A DNA stretch of 46,446 nucleotides from Pseudomonadota bacterium (GCA_034439715.1 JAWXAY010000006.1:1-46446); one strand, 5' to 3'; shown: positions 1 to 8,986, counted from the stretch's first letter. The notes: generated by a model not told the origin, from the sequence alone. Translations and numbers: made by a program.

Positions 1-247
1 TCTCTCTTTTCTCCACTGCGAAGCCCATACCAGTACTAAAATCCAAGTCAGTACAGCGAGATACTCAAAAATACCCGCCGATGTCCCCAATTTATTTAAG
101 ATTTCAGAAGCCTCTCAATGCCCTTTTTTGTAACTAGTGACTAACATTTGTTTTCCTATCTTCCCTCTATTGCGTTTTATTGGCTTATTTGTGTTTGGCA
201 TGGCTTGCATTGGAAGGCTGAAGGCTGAGTCTATCAGGAGGTTTATT

Positions 248-769
248 ATGAAGCTTAAATTAATCATGGCTATTTTGATTCCGCTTAACATTTGGTGTGA
301 TATCTCTATGGCACAAGGGAAAAGCCTCTTGAAAGAAGTTGCTCAGTCTGAAGAATACACTCCCCAAGAAAAGAAAGTTATAAATGAGATTTTGAGTGCT
401 AGGGATAAAAACGCCTTTGGCGAAAAAGTCATTTATCGACGAGTTTTAGATGTGCCTTCCTCCAATAACGCCGACTGGCCAAAATTACTTGAGGGACTAA
501 TTTCACTAATGAAAACCGTAAAAAACTCAGAGGATAGAGAAAATCTTCTGGAAGGCTTAAAGCAAATTGGTGCTACTATAAAGTGGGCGAATGGCCAGAT
601 GAATGCGCATGATAGAGCGCAGAACGGCCGTGACAAGAGTGGTTACTTAAGGAATTCGAGTCCAGCAGCTAGGTCACAATTAGAATTTTTATATAAGGCC
701 CATTTTGGAAATCCCGACAGATTTTTACATTTTAATCCAAAATGCTCTGGCAGCTTTTACGCAATTTAA
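248..769 (+). CDS. Hypothetical secreted protein (start revised to ATG 248)
   Basis: AGGAGG at 236-241 precedes ATG 248; signal-peptide-like N-terminus MKLKLIMAILIPLNIWCDISMA; no family recognised. Confidence 0.6.
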   Translation: MKLKLIMAILIPLNIWCDISMAQGKSLLKEVAQSEEYTPQEKKVINEILSARDKNAFGEKVIYRRVLDVPSSNNADWPKLLEGLISLMKTVKNSEDRENLLEGLKQIGATIKWANGQMNAHDRAQNGRDKSGYLRNSSPAARSQLEFLYKAHFGNPDRFLHFNPKCSGSFYAI

Positions 770-930
770 TTAATCTAAACTAAACCCGATTCATGCGCAC
801 AGCATGGCCATCGGGCCACCCCGACCCTGCTTAAAGCCGGGGAATACCGGCACCCTACGAGAATTGTCACTACTGTCTAACAATTTGAAGCCTAAAGATG
901 CCTCTAAACAGCCTATATTGCAGAACAAAT

Positions 931-946
931 TGGCACAAAATCTGTA
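931..946 (+). promoter_or_regulatory. Possible sigma54 (-24/-12) promoter, imperfect
   Basis: TGGCAC-AAAAT-CTGTA: perfect -24 box and correct spacing, but GT instead of GC at -12; 42 nt upstream of ATG 989. Confidence 0.4.
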
Positions 947-988
947 TTATTAGGCTTGACCCCCTCTGTAGGGGATAGGAGTACATTT

Positions 989-1651
989 ATGAAAAAACTA
1001 TTAGGTCTATCATTATTAGTGGTTTGTTTGGCTGGGGCCCTCGCCTGCTCAAAGAAAAAGAATATAGTTAATAGTGCGGTTGGAAATGGTTTCATTAACA
1101 ACTGTCCGATAGGTTCTGTGATCACACCCCAAGGTACAATACTACCACAAGGAAATTGTCCCTATGGCCAAGGTCAATCGGGAAATACTTGCGTTGCCGG
1201 AACGGCCTGCACAGGTGGATTTCCTATCACGGGTGGAACAAGCACTGCCTACATGAATACCCTATCCGTTACCCACAAAAGTGTTTTCGAAAATCTAATG
1301 GCTGAAATTTTTGGTGTATGTCAAAAGTGGGGTCAGTACGGCTCAGGAGATTGTGCTACTCATTCTAATAACGCCGAAATATACTTAGAACAAATTGGTT
1401 TTGGACAATCAAATCAGGTTACTCAAAACAACACAGTTTGGGTTACAGTGTATGCAGGTTATTCTCGCATTCCGCTGACATTTCAAACAAGTTATTGGCC
1501 AATAAATAATAGCACAGGCTTTGAGTTACGAACAGGCGCTCCATTTAAAGTAACAGTGCCGACGGGACAATTTGGCCAAGACTCTTTTCAGGTGCAAGTA
1601 TTTTACAACAATGCGCAATTTGCCTCGGGTTGGGTTAGCCGCGTTCGCTAA
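989..1651 (+). CDS. Cys/Gly-rich hypothetical lipoprotein (start revised to ATG 989)
   Basis: AGGAG at 977-981; MKK + hydrophobic stretch + lipobox ALAC; several Cys in mature part. Confidence 0.8.
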   Translation: MKKLLGLSLLVVCLAGALACSKKKNIVNSAVGNGFINNCPIGSVITPQGTILPQGNCPYGQGQSGNTCVAGTACTGGFPITGGTSTAYMNTLSVTHKSVFENLMAEIFGVCQKWGQYGSGDCATHSNNAEIYLEQIGFGQSNQVTQNNTVWVTVYAGYSRIPLTFQTSYWPINNSTGFELRTGAPFKVTVPTGQFGQDSFQVQVFYNNAQFASGWVSRVR

Positions 1652-1845
1652 TGTTAATTACCTGTCCAACCTGTAAAAAAGTTCAAGAATATTTACTTGA
1701 CAATTTATACCGTCCATTTTGCTCAGAGAGATGTCAGATAATTGATCTCGGAAGTTGGGCAGATGAGCGGTTCAAATTACAAAGTCAAGAGGATGACTCA
1801 ATAAATCTAGAAGAAAATAAAAATAATTCGGACGACACAGAATAG
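1651..1845 (+). CDS. yacG: DNA gyrase inhibitor YacG
   Basis: CPTC...YRPFCSERC..IDLGSW zinc-finger signature and acidic tail; TAATG stop/start overlap with upstream gene. Confidence 0.9.
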   Translation: MLITCPTCKKVQEYLLDNLYRPFCSERCQIIDLGSWADERFKLQSQEDDSINLEENKNNSDDTE

Positions 1846-1931
1846 AAAATTTTTTTTTAAATTTTTTCGATTGACGAAGCTATACCAAATGGGTTGAAAC
1901 TGTGTTCACACAAAAAACCTCCGGAGTATCA

Positions 1932-2204
1932 ATGAACAAAGCCCAACTCATCGAGCGCATCGCAACTTCAGCAAATTTTTCTAAATCCCAAGCAGAAGTT
2001 ATTTTAAACTGCACATTAGAAAATATTGCGACGGCAGTTAAGCGTGGTGAGGAAGTAAAGTTAGTGGGTTTTGGTACGTTTACTAAATTAAAAAGAAAAG
2101 CTCGCACCGGTCGCAATCCGCAAAATGGAAAATCCATAAAGATTCCTGCAGCTTGGTTTCCTAAGTTTAAACCCGGTTCTGACTTTAAAGAACTCATTAA
2201 CTAG
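1932..2204 (+). CDS. hup: HU family DNA-binding protein (start revised to ATG 1932)
   Basis: MNKAQLI...VKLVGFGTF..RKARTGRNPQNG..IKIPA..PKFKPG; GGAG at 1923-1926. Confidence 0.92.
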   Translation: MNKAQLIERIATSANFSKSQAEVILNCTLENIATAVKRGEEVKLVGFGTFTKLKRKARTGRNPQNGKSIKIPAAWFPKFKPGSDFKELIN

Positions 2205-2212
2205 AAAGTTTC

Positions 2213-3193
2213 ATGGAGCACTCGCTCATCCATAACCGAATCGGAATTTTAACTAGCGGGAGTGGCGCGCCCGGGATTAACGCGGCAATATATACTCTTC
2301 ATAAGCTACTGAAAAAAAAGGGTATTGAAATCCTCGGTTTTAGAAATGGCCTGGCCGGAATTCTTAAAAAAGATTATGAGACATCACTTGCTGGCGTTGA
2401 TCCGGTCATTGGTGGTTCTCATTTGGGTTTTGGCTACTTAAAAGAAATAGTCCATTCAGACATTCGAAAAAAAATCGCCTCTAATATCGAAGATTTAAAC
2501 CTAGATAGCCTCATTGTTTTCGGGGGAGATGGTACTCTTAAAATAATGTCTCAGTTGGCCCATGAGAGTGGGGTAAATTCATTGGTCATCCCGGCAACTG
2601 TCGAAAATGACGTACCAGGAGTAGATAGGTCATTGGGGTTTGATACTATAGTTTCTAGCGGCGCACTTTTGGTCGATCGGATCATGCGCACCGAGAATCC
2701 TGTCAATTCTGTAGTTATCGTAGAAGTTTTAGGCAAGGATTGGGGCATGGGTGCAATTGAAATAGGCCTTGCCTGTGAGGTTGACGACGTTTTTGTACCT
2801 GAAGTGCCATTCTCTCTGGATGAAGTAGTAAAAAGCATTCGTAATAGGCAAGAAGGTAAAAACCACCGTCCTTTTGTTTATATTGTTGGAGAAGGTCAAA
2901 AGACTGGGCGTGCTCATGACTTGGCAGAACAGTTACGAAAGAAAATTCCACTCAACATCAAGATTTGTAGCGTTAGTGAAGTTCAACGAGCTGGCGAACC
3001 AAATGTTAGTGACAGAATTTTAGCCACAAAGTACTCGGTTAAGGTCGTGGAGTTTTTATTTTCTGGAAAAAAGAACCTACTTGTGGCCTATCAAAACAAA
3101 CGTTTTTCGGCTCTGCCCTACCAAGAGCTGTCAAATACGCAAAAAAGAACCCCCCAAGGTCTATTGAGGTTGCTCAAAGAGTTGAATCGATAA
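2213..3193 (+). CDS. 6-phosphofructokinase (PfkA)-like protein with divergent active site
   Basis: GILTSGSGAPGINAAI, GGDGT, PATVEND, SLGFDT, IVEVLGK, VPEVPF, VGEG, VQRAG align to PfkA motifs but with several substitutions. Confidence 0.8.
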   Translation: MEHSLIHNRIGILTSGSGAPGINAAIYTLHKLLKKKGIEILGFRNGLAGILKKDYETSLAGVDPVIGGSHLGFGYLKEIVHSDIRKKIASNIEDLNLDSLIVFGGDGTLKIMSQLAHESGVNSLVIPATVENDVPGVDRSLGFDTIVSSGALLVDRIMRTENPVNSVVIVEVLGKDWGMGAIEIGLACEVDDVFVPEVPFSLDEVVKSIRNRQEGKNHRPFVYIVGEGQKTGRAHDLAEQLRKKIPLNIKICSVSEVQRAGEPNVSDRILATKYSVKVVEFLFSGKKNLLVAYQNKRFSALPYQELSNTQKRTPQGLLRLLKELNR

Positions 3194-3199
3194 GCCTAG

Positions 3200-3229
3200 T
3201 TGACCCGATCTCCATGATTTTAGTAGAAT
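3200..3229 (+). promoter_or_regulatory. sigma70-type promoter
   Basis: TTGACC-N18-TAGAAT, ending 9 nt before ATG 3239. Confidence 0.5.
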
Positions 3230-3238
3230 TTCACTAAC

Positions 3239-4402
3239 ATGGTTAAAAAGTTCACAGCTCAAGTAGTTTTTTTATTGGCTTTTTGTTTAGCTTTTGTACT
3301 GATACTTACCAGTTGCAAATGCATCCCAGGTTTAGAAAAAAAAATCGTCGAAGTAAATTTAGGCGAGTATTCTTCGCTGTCTGGTAGCCTAGCGAGTTTT
3401 GGAATTAATACGCACTTAGGAATTCAATTGGCGTTAAAAGAGTTTAATGCAAAGGCCGATGACACTGGTTATCGTTTTAAATTAATCACCATCGACAATG
3501 AGGGCGACGAAAAAAAAGCGGCGCTTGCCGTCGAAAATTTGGTGAAACAAAAAGCCGTGGCTATAATCGGAGAAGTAAGTAGCAATCTTTCAATCGCGGG
3601 TGCGCGGGTGGCACAACAATATAAGGTTCCTATGATTTCCCCGGGGTCCACGAGCACCAAAGTGACTAAGATCGGAGAATATATTTTTCGCGCTTGTTTT
3701 GATGATACCTTTCAGGGGACAGTGATGGCGCGATTTGCTTATGATGATTTAAAGGCTCGCAAGGTGGCCATATTGAGGGACACAAGCTCAGAGTATAGTA
3801 TTGGACTTGCCGAATCATTTATTTCTAAATTTAAGGAGCTCGGTGGCGAGATTTTAATTGATGAGAAATACAAGTCGGGCGAGCTTGATTTTAAAATTCA
3901 GCTTTTAAAAATCAAAGCTAAAAAATCCGATGCGATTTACGTACCGGGATATTATACCGAAATGGGTTTGATCGCACGCCAGGCTCGTCAGCTAGGTATT
4001 ATTGACGCAAAGTTTTTGGGTGGTGATGGGTGGGATAGCAGCCAACTTTATAGCATCGGAGGGGAGGCAATCAATGGCGCATTTTTTACTAATCACTTTG
4101 CAGTTGAAAGTCCCGAGGAAAGAGCCAAAACTTTTGTTGCAAACTTTCGCAGAGAATATGAATTGATTCCTGACGCCAATGCCGCTTTGGCTTATGACTC
4201 TGCCTATCTCATAATAAATGCCGTCTTGAAAAGCCAGTCTACAGACCCCGAAAAAATTAGAATTGAACTAAATAAAACCAAAAATTTTCCTGGCGTGACC
4301 GGAGACATTTCTTTTTCAGCGGGCCGCGGCCCTATAAAGGGTGCGGTTATTGTTCAAGTTGACGGAAAAATCAATCGATTCGTCACAACCGTTTCGCCTT
4401 AA
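3239..4402 (+). CDS. Branched-chain amino acid ABC transporter substrate-binding lipoprotein (LivJ/LivK family)
   Basis: SLSGSLASFG, AIIGEVSS, PMISPGST, YIFRACFDD.FQG, GGDGWDS, LAYD, GVTGDISF; lipobox LTSC; no permease genes nearby. Confidence 0.88.
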   Translation: MVKKFTAQVVFLLAFCLAFVLILTSCKCIPGLEKKIVEVNLGEYSSLSGSLASFGINTHLGIQLALKEFNAKADDTGYRFKLITIDNEGDEKKAALAVENLVKQKAVAIIGEVSSNLSIAGARVAQQYKVPMISPGSTSTKVTKIGEYIFRACFDDTFQGTVMARFAYDDLKARKVAILRDTSSEYSIGLAESFISKFKELGGEILIDEKYKSGELDFKIQLLKIKAKKSDAIYVPGYYTEMGLIARQARQLGIIDAKFLGGDGWDSSQLYSIGGEAINGAFFTNHFAVESPEERAKTFVANFRREYELIPDANAALAYDSAYLIINAVLKSQSTDPEKIRIELNKTKNFPGVTGDISFSAGRGPIKGAVIVQVDGKINRFVTTVSP

Positions 4403-4410
4403 AAAACATT

Positions 4411-5259
4411 TCAGTAATTTATAGAGAGGCCCGCCAAGGCCAGATTTTCTCTCTGCGTAGTCCCATGCTCGTGGGTATTTGTTGATAGAGTTAGGCTCGT
4501 TCCCATTATCGCAGTCAATTGTCTTTTACCGACAAGAGAAATTATTCCATCTTTATGTTTATAGTAAGTGGCGATCGATGTCGTCTTGGTCAAGTCTTTA
4601 CTTATAGAATAAATGGCCTCTGTGACAGTGGACGGACCAAAGTGACCAGATTCCATTTCATAGTATGCTTCGACGGGAGCATAAGGGTTTGTAAATCTAA
4701 TCTTTAGATTGTTGCCGCTGAACGAGTAGTTGATATTTATAATGTATCCTGAGGCGACGCTCACTTGTGCGCGACTGATACGATCTTTGATTTCGTAAAG
4801 CGGTCGAATCGCCGGTTCATTTTTAGCCACTCGATCAATATTGTGTTCGAGTAATCGGCGAACCATGTATTCTCCGAACCGTTGGCGTTGAATTTGATCT
4901 TCAACCGCATTTCCACGAAACACACCCTGCGGCGTTATTATATCAAAAACAACATAAGGGTTGGGACTACTTTGAATTTGTTCGGCCTCTGTGCGACCAA
5001 ACTGCCGTTCATATCTTTCGCGAAACTCTTTCGAAAGCGTATCATCATCAAACACTCTTTTTAACCACCCACCATCGGCCAATGGAGGCGCAGGTGGCAG
5101 AAAATAAACCTCTGAATAATCTTTATCTTTTTCGTCGTCAATGGAGGCGACGTAACCATCGTGTAGTTCGAGGACCGAATAGGATTTTCGCCCGAAAGCC
5201 TTTGTTGCCAGGCTTAAAATCACTAGTAGAATTATTAAGGACCAAGGTCTGTATGTCAT
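4411..5259 (-). CDS. Hypothetical exported protein, probable C-terminal outer-membrane beta-barrel
   Basis: Signal peptide ending TKAFG; alternating hydrophobic strands; terminal LAGLSINY resembles a beta-signal. Confidence 0.65.
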   Translation of the reverse strand: MTYRPWSLIILLVILSLATKAFGRKSYSVLELHDGYVASIDDEKDKDYSEVYFLPPAPPLADGGWLKRVFDDDTLSKEFRERYERQFGRTEAEQIQSSPNPYVVFDIITPQGVFRGNAVEDQIQRQRFGEYMVRRLLEHNIDRVAKNEPAIRPLYEIKDRISRAQVSVASGYIININYSFSGNNLKIRFTNPYAPVEAYYEMESGHFGPSTVTEAIYSISKDLTKTTSIATYYKHKDGIISLVGKRQLTAIMGTSLTLSTNTHEHGTTQRENLALAGLSINY

Positions 5260-5433
5260 TTTATTATCCTGCTTTGACAGATCGGAATTTCAAAGCCAGA
5301 ACATGAATGCGACTTAAAGGCCACTAATCAGAGTTGAGCCAATGTCGCATTTATGAGATGATGCTCATTGAAAAATCGCGATGGCTTAGGTAAAAGGTAG
5401 GGTTTTACGGGGGCTAGTATCAATAATTTCGAA

Positions 5434-6048
5434 TTGAAACTGCGTAGTGATATTCATGTTGAGCGTAAGATTTGGCACGCAACGATGGTGCTATTAATGA
5501 CACTTGTTTACGTTAAGGTGGATCGCAAAACGGCCCTATTGATAATATCACTAGGCATGCTTTTTTTTACCTCAGCCGACATGTTGAGGTTGCGTTGGCC
5601 ATGGCTCAATCGGGTATTTTTATTAGTTTTTCATCGAGTCATGCGTAAGCACGAGGCCCACGGACTAGCGGGCACAACCTTTTTACTTACAGGAGTTTTT
5701 TTTAGCATTTTTTTGTTTCATAAAGATGTTGTAACTATAACTTTGCTATTTTTAGCTCTGGGTGACCCCATCGCTAGTTATTTTGGGATACGTTATGGCA
5801 AAGATCGTATTGTAAAAAACAAGAGCTTGCAGGGTACACTTGCTGCCTTTTTGTGCTGCACAGTGATTGCATTTGCTTATTTTTCTTTCCATAAACTGAT
5901 GATGGATCGAATTGTTTTAGTCAGCTTAGTATCTGGGCTGATAGGTGCACTTTCTGAAATGCTTCCCGTCGGAAAGTTAGATGATAATTTAACCTTTCCG
6001 ATAATCTGTAGTACAGGTGTTTGGATGGTGTTTAAGGTGTTCATGTGA
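5434..6048 (+). CDS. CTP-dependent polyprenol/diacylglycerol kinase family (SEC59/DGK1/VTE5-like) membrane protein
   Basis: RKIWH, LALGDPIASYFG, KSLQG, DDNL motifs; multiple TM segments; TTG start uncertain. Confidence 0.8.
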   Translation: MKLRSDIHVERKIWHATMVLLMTLVYVKVDRKTALLIISLGMLFFTSADMLRLRWPWLNRVFLLVFHRVMRKHEAHGLAGTTFLLTGVFFSIFLFHKDVVTITLLFLALGDPIASYFGIRYGKDRIVKNKSLQGTLAAFLCCTVIAFAYFSFHKLMMDRIVLVSLVSGLIGALSEMLPVGKLDDNLTFPIICSTGVWMVFKVFM

Positions 6049-6869
6049 GCGAAGAGTTAGACGATAGGACTGATTTACCTATTCGCAAAAGAGTAAGCAT
6101 GCACATTTATGTGCTGCCCAATCTATTTACGACAGCCAACATGTTTTTTGGTTTTTACAGCATGATCAATTCCATAAAAGGAAATTACATAATTGCAGCC
6201 TATGCTGTAGTGGCGGCTGCCATTTTTGATTTGTTAGATGGTCGGCTAGCGAGATTAACTCGGTCGACGAGTAAATTTGGCGCTGAGTACGACTCCCTAT
6301 CTGATTTAGTAAGCTTTGGTGTGGCCCCCGGTATTCTACTTTACCTATGGTCGCTGCAGCCTTTCGGACGAGTGGGTTGGGTGGCGAGCTTTTTATATGT
6401 GGCGTGCGGCGCGCTGAGGCTTGCGCGCTTCAATGTGCAAGGTGATGTAATCGAAAAACAATATTTTCAGGGTTTACCTATTCCGATGGCAGCAGGCATC
6501 GTTGCTAGTTCTGTCTTGGCATTTCGTGAGCTTGAAGTTGACGCTTATCACTCGCCTTATCTGCTTGCCATGACTGTTTTACTGGCGATTGTCATGGTAA
6601 GTACTTTTCGTTACCGTAGTTTTAAAGATATTGATCTCAAGCGTCGCTTACCATTTCATTACTTAGTAGTGGGTATACTTTTATTTGTGACCGTGGCCTA
6701 CAATCCCGAAGTCATGCTCTTTGTGCTCTTCATGACTTACGCCACACTTGGTGCGCTCTTTGGCGTTTTGCGACTAGGCAAGCGACCCAAGAAAATTAAA
6801 GTTCCACCCAATTTAGAAGAAGAGTCGCAAGGTGACTTACAAGAAGACGACGAGGACACTTTTTTATGA
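6045..6869 (+). CDS. pssA: CDP-diacylglycerol--serine O-phosphatidyltransferase
   Basis: LPNLFT; DLLDGRLAR..S.FGAEYDSLSDLVSFGVAP CDP-alcohol motif; RLARFN; FQGLPIP. Confidence 0.93.
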   Translation: MSEELDDRTDLPIRKRVSMHIYVLPNLFTTANMFFGFYSMINSIKGNYIIAAYAVVAAAIFDLLDGRLARLTRSTSKFGAEYDSLSDLVSFGVAPGILLYLWSLQPFGRVGWVASFLYVACGALRLARFNVQGDVIEKQYFQGLPIPMAAGIVASSVLAFRELEVDAYHSPYLLAMTVLLAIVMVSTFRYRSFKDIDLKRRLPFHYLVVGILLFVTVAYNPEVMLFVLFMTYATLGALFGVLRLGKRPKKIKVPPNLEEESQGDLQEDDEDTFL

Positions 6870-7840
6870 ACCTCGGGCCAAGCGTGGGAGTCGTTGGCGC
6901 CACGGGACTTGTGGGCCAAGCTTTTTTGAAATTATTAAATCAACGAAAATTTTCGGTTAAAAAATTAAAGCTTTTTGCTTCTGATCGCTCCGTCGGGCCC
7001 AATATAGAATCACTAAAAGAAAATTGTTTTTTAGGTTTAGATATCGTATTTTTTGCGACTAGTGATGAGCTCAGTCGTGAGTGGGCGCCCCAGGCAGTGT
7101 CCAGTGGTGCAATAGCAATTGATAATTCGGCCGCATTTAGACAAAGTCCTGATCATAAACTGATCGTACCAGAGATTAACGGCGACCTACTTAAAGTTAG
7201 AAATCCAGAGATCATTGCCAATCCCAATTGTTCGACCATTCAATTGGTTATGTGTTTGGCGCCGCTCGATAGGGCCTTTGGTGTGAGCGAAGTTCGGACG
7301 TCTACCTACCAATCCGTAAGCGGTGCGGGGCGTGCGGCGCAAGAAGAATTAAAATCATCCACCAAGGCTTTTTTAGAAGTAGAAGATTTTGAGACGAAAG
7401 AGTTTTTGCATCCCATAGCGTTTAATACCATTCCACAAATAGGCACTATTGATGAAAATGGCTTTTCGAGCGAAGAATCCAAAATCATTTTTGAAACAAA
7501 AAAAATTCTGGCGCGGCCTGATTTAAAGGTTTCGGCCTTCACAGTGCGAGTGCCTACTTTTAACGGGCACGCTGAGGCGGTATGGGTTACGCTAAAAAAA
7601 GATGTATCCCAAGAAAAAATTGTGAAAACTCTGACGAGTTTTGCTGGTGTGAAAGTGCATCAAGACTATCCCATGGTGAGAACGAACACTGGCGACGAAT
7701 TTGTACATGTCGGAAGAATTCATAAGGATCGTGACTTTGCCAATACTTGGTTGATGTGGATAGTTTGTGACAATCTTTTAAAAGGTGCGGCACTCAATGG
7801 AATTCAAATCGCTGAAAAAGTAAGTCCTTACTTTTCGTAA
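6866..7840 (+). CDS. asd: Aspartate-semialdehyde dehydrogenase
   Basis: VVGATGLVG, IDNSAAFR, IANPNCST (catalytic Cys), TYQSVSGAG, VRVP..GH, DNLLKGAALN. Confidence 0.95.
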   Translation: MNLGPSVGVVGATGLVGQAFLKLLNQRKFSVKKLKLFASDRSVGPNIESLKENCFLGLDIVFFATSDELSREWAPQAVSSGAIAIDNSAAFRQSPDHKLIVPEINGDLLKVRNPEIIANPNCSTIQLVMCLAPLDRAFGVSEVRTSTYQSVSGAGRAAQEELKSSTKAFLEVEDFETKEFLHPIAFNTIPQIGTIDENGFSSEESKIIFETKKILARPDLKVSAFTVRVPTFNGHAEAVWVTLKKDVSQEKIVKTLTSFAGVKVHQDYPMVRTNTGDEFVHVGRIHKDRDFANTWLMWIVCDNLLKGAALNGIQIAEKVSPYFS

Positions 7841-7853
7841 ATGTTTTTTCTTG

Positions 7854-8261
7854 TCACTTCTTGTCAATGCTGATGGCGAATTTATTAATGCCGTTAGATT
7901 TAACGATGTCGATAACGCCAATGACTTTACCATGGGGTACTTCTTTATCAGCTGATATCACTGCTTGAGCTTCGGGGTTTTTTGCTATGAGATCTTTCAC
8001 GAAAATGGCAATGCCAGACTCATCGGTGTTAGCGCCATTAAGCATAATGTTCCCCAATGGGTCGATTACAATATTTAATAACGATGGAGCGGTCTGCTCA
8101 CCAGTTGCGGCCTTAGGTAAATTAACATTTATGCTGGGTTTTAAAATGATGGGAGTCGTTACCATAAAAATAATGAGGACCACTAAAATTATGTCCACAA
8201 ACGGAGTTACATTAATACTAGCTATAGGTTCGTCGTCACCACCAAAAAGCTGACTGGCCAT
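7854..8261 (-). CDS. exbD: ExbD/TolR family motor subunit
   Basis: INVTPFVDIILVVLIIFM with conserved TM Asp; VNLPKA; ISADKEVPHG. Confidence 0.9.
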   Translation of the reverse strand: MASQLFGGDDEPIASINVTPFVDIILVVLIIFMVTTPIILKPSINVNLPKAATGEQTAPSLLNIVIDPLGNIMLNGANTDESGIAIFVKDLIAKNPEAQAVISADKEVPHGKVIGVIDIVKSNGINKFAISIDKK

Positions 8262-8909
8262 TTATTTTCCTTTTTGGTTGGCGTAAACTACGCAAAGATC
8301 ACGCACGCTTTCTAAACTTAGCAAAATACTTTTAACTTGCCGCTGAAAATAGTTGTAAGCGATAACCGCAGGTATGGCCACTATCAGACCTACAGCGGTA
8401 GCTACAAGTGCTTCGGCGATACCGCGCATGACCGACGTTGCCGCCTCATTTTGACTAATGCTGAGATCATTAAACGCCTTCATGATTCCAAATACCGTTC
8501 CCAGAAGTCCAATAAATGGACCATTGGACCCAACGGTCGCCAAAAATGTAAGCGAACGTTCTAATTTGGGCCTTTCACTAAGTATAAAAGAATTAAATAC
8601 TTCCACTAGTCCTTTGGAGCCGCTCTGTTTGACATGTCTTAGCCCGTAACCCAAAGCGCGCCCTTCGATAGAATCTTTGTTTTTTCCCATTTCCTCAATT
8701 TCATCAATATTATTACTTTGTAGAGCTTCGCGGACTCGGCCTTGGATTTTTTGCGTGTTTTTAAGAGCTATACGAAGCGCAAAAAACCTTTCTAAGATTA
8801 AAGCGACGCTCAGTACACTTAGGATCACTAGGATCCAGAGAATAAATTCAGCGCCCGATTGTGCGATGGTAAAGAACTTCTGGGTGAGATTGGCACCTTC
8901 ATTTAACAC
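8262..8909 (-). CDS. exbB: MotA/TolQ/ExbB proton channel protein
   Basis: LATVGSNGPFIGLLGTVFGIM..F, GIAEALVATAVGL.VAIPA; GTG start with AGGAG. Confidence 0.9.
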   Translation of the reverse strand: MLNEGANLTQKFFTIAQSGAEFILWILVILSVLSVALILERFFALRIALKNTQKIQGRVREALQSNNIDEIEEMGKNKDSIEGRALGYGLRHVKQSGSKGLVEVFNSFILSERPKLERSLTFLATVGSNGPFIGLLGTVFGIMKAFNDLSISQNEAATSVMRGIAEALVATAVGLIVAIPAVIAYNYFQRQVKSILLSLESVRDLCVVYANQKGK

Positions 8910-8986
8910 TTTGCACTCCTTCGGCTTAAGAATTACTTGGAATTGTAAAATTATGGCGATAAAACAAAAAAGAGGTCAAGAAAGTA

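Noticed and set aside
1..90. Minus-strand open frame running off the window (LGTSAGIFEYLAVLTWILVLVWASQWRKER)
   Set aside because: Only a TTG start, no well-placed RBS and 30 codons visible; cannot be supported
196..210. sigma54-like TGGCATGGCTTGCAT
   Set aside because: GG-to-GC spacing is 8 nt rather than the required 10
137..247. N-terminal extension of the first ORF
   Set aside because: Strong RBS and signal peptide point to ATG 248
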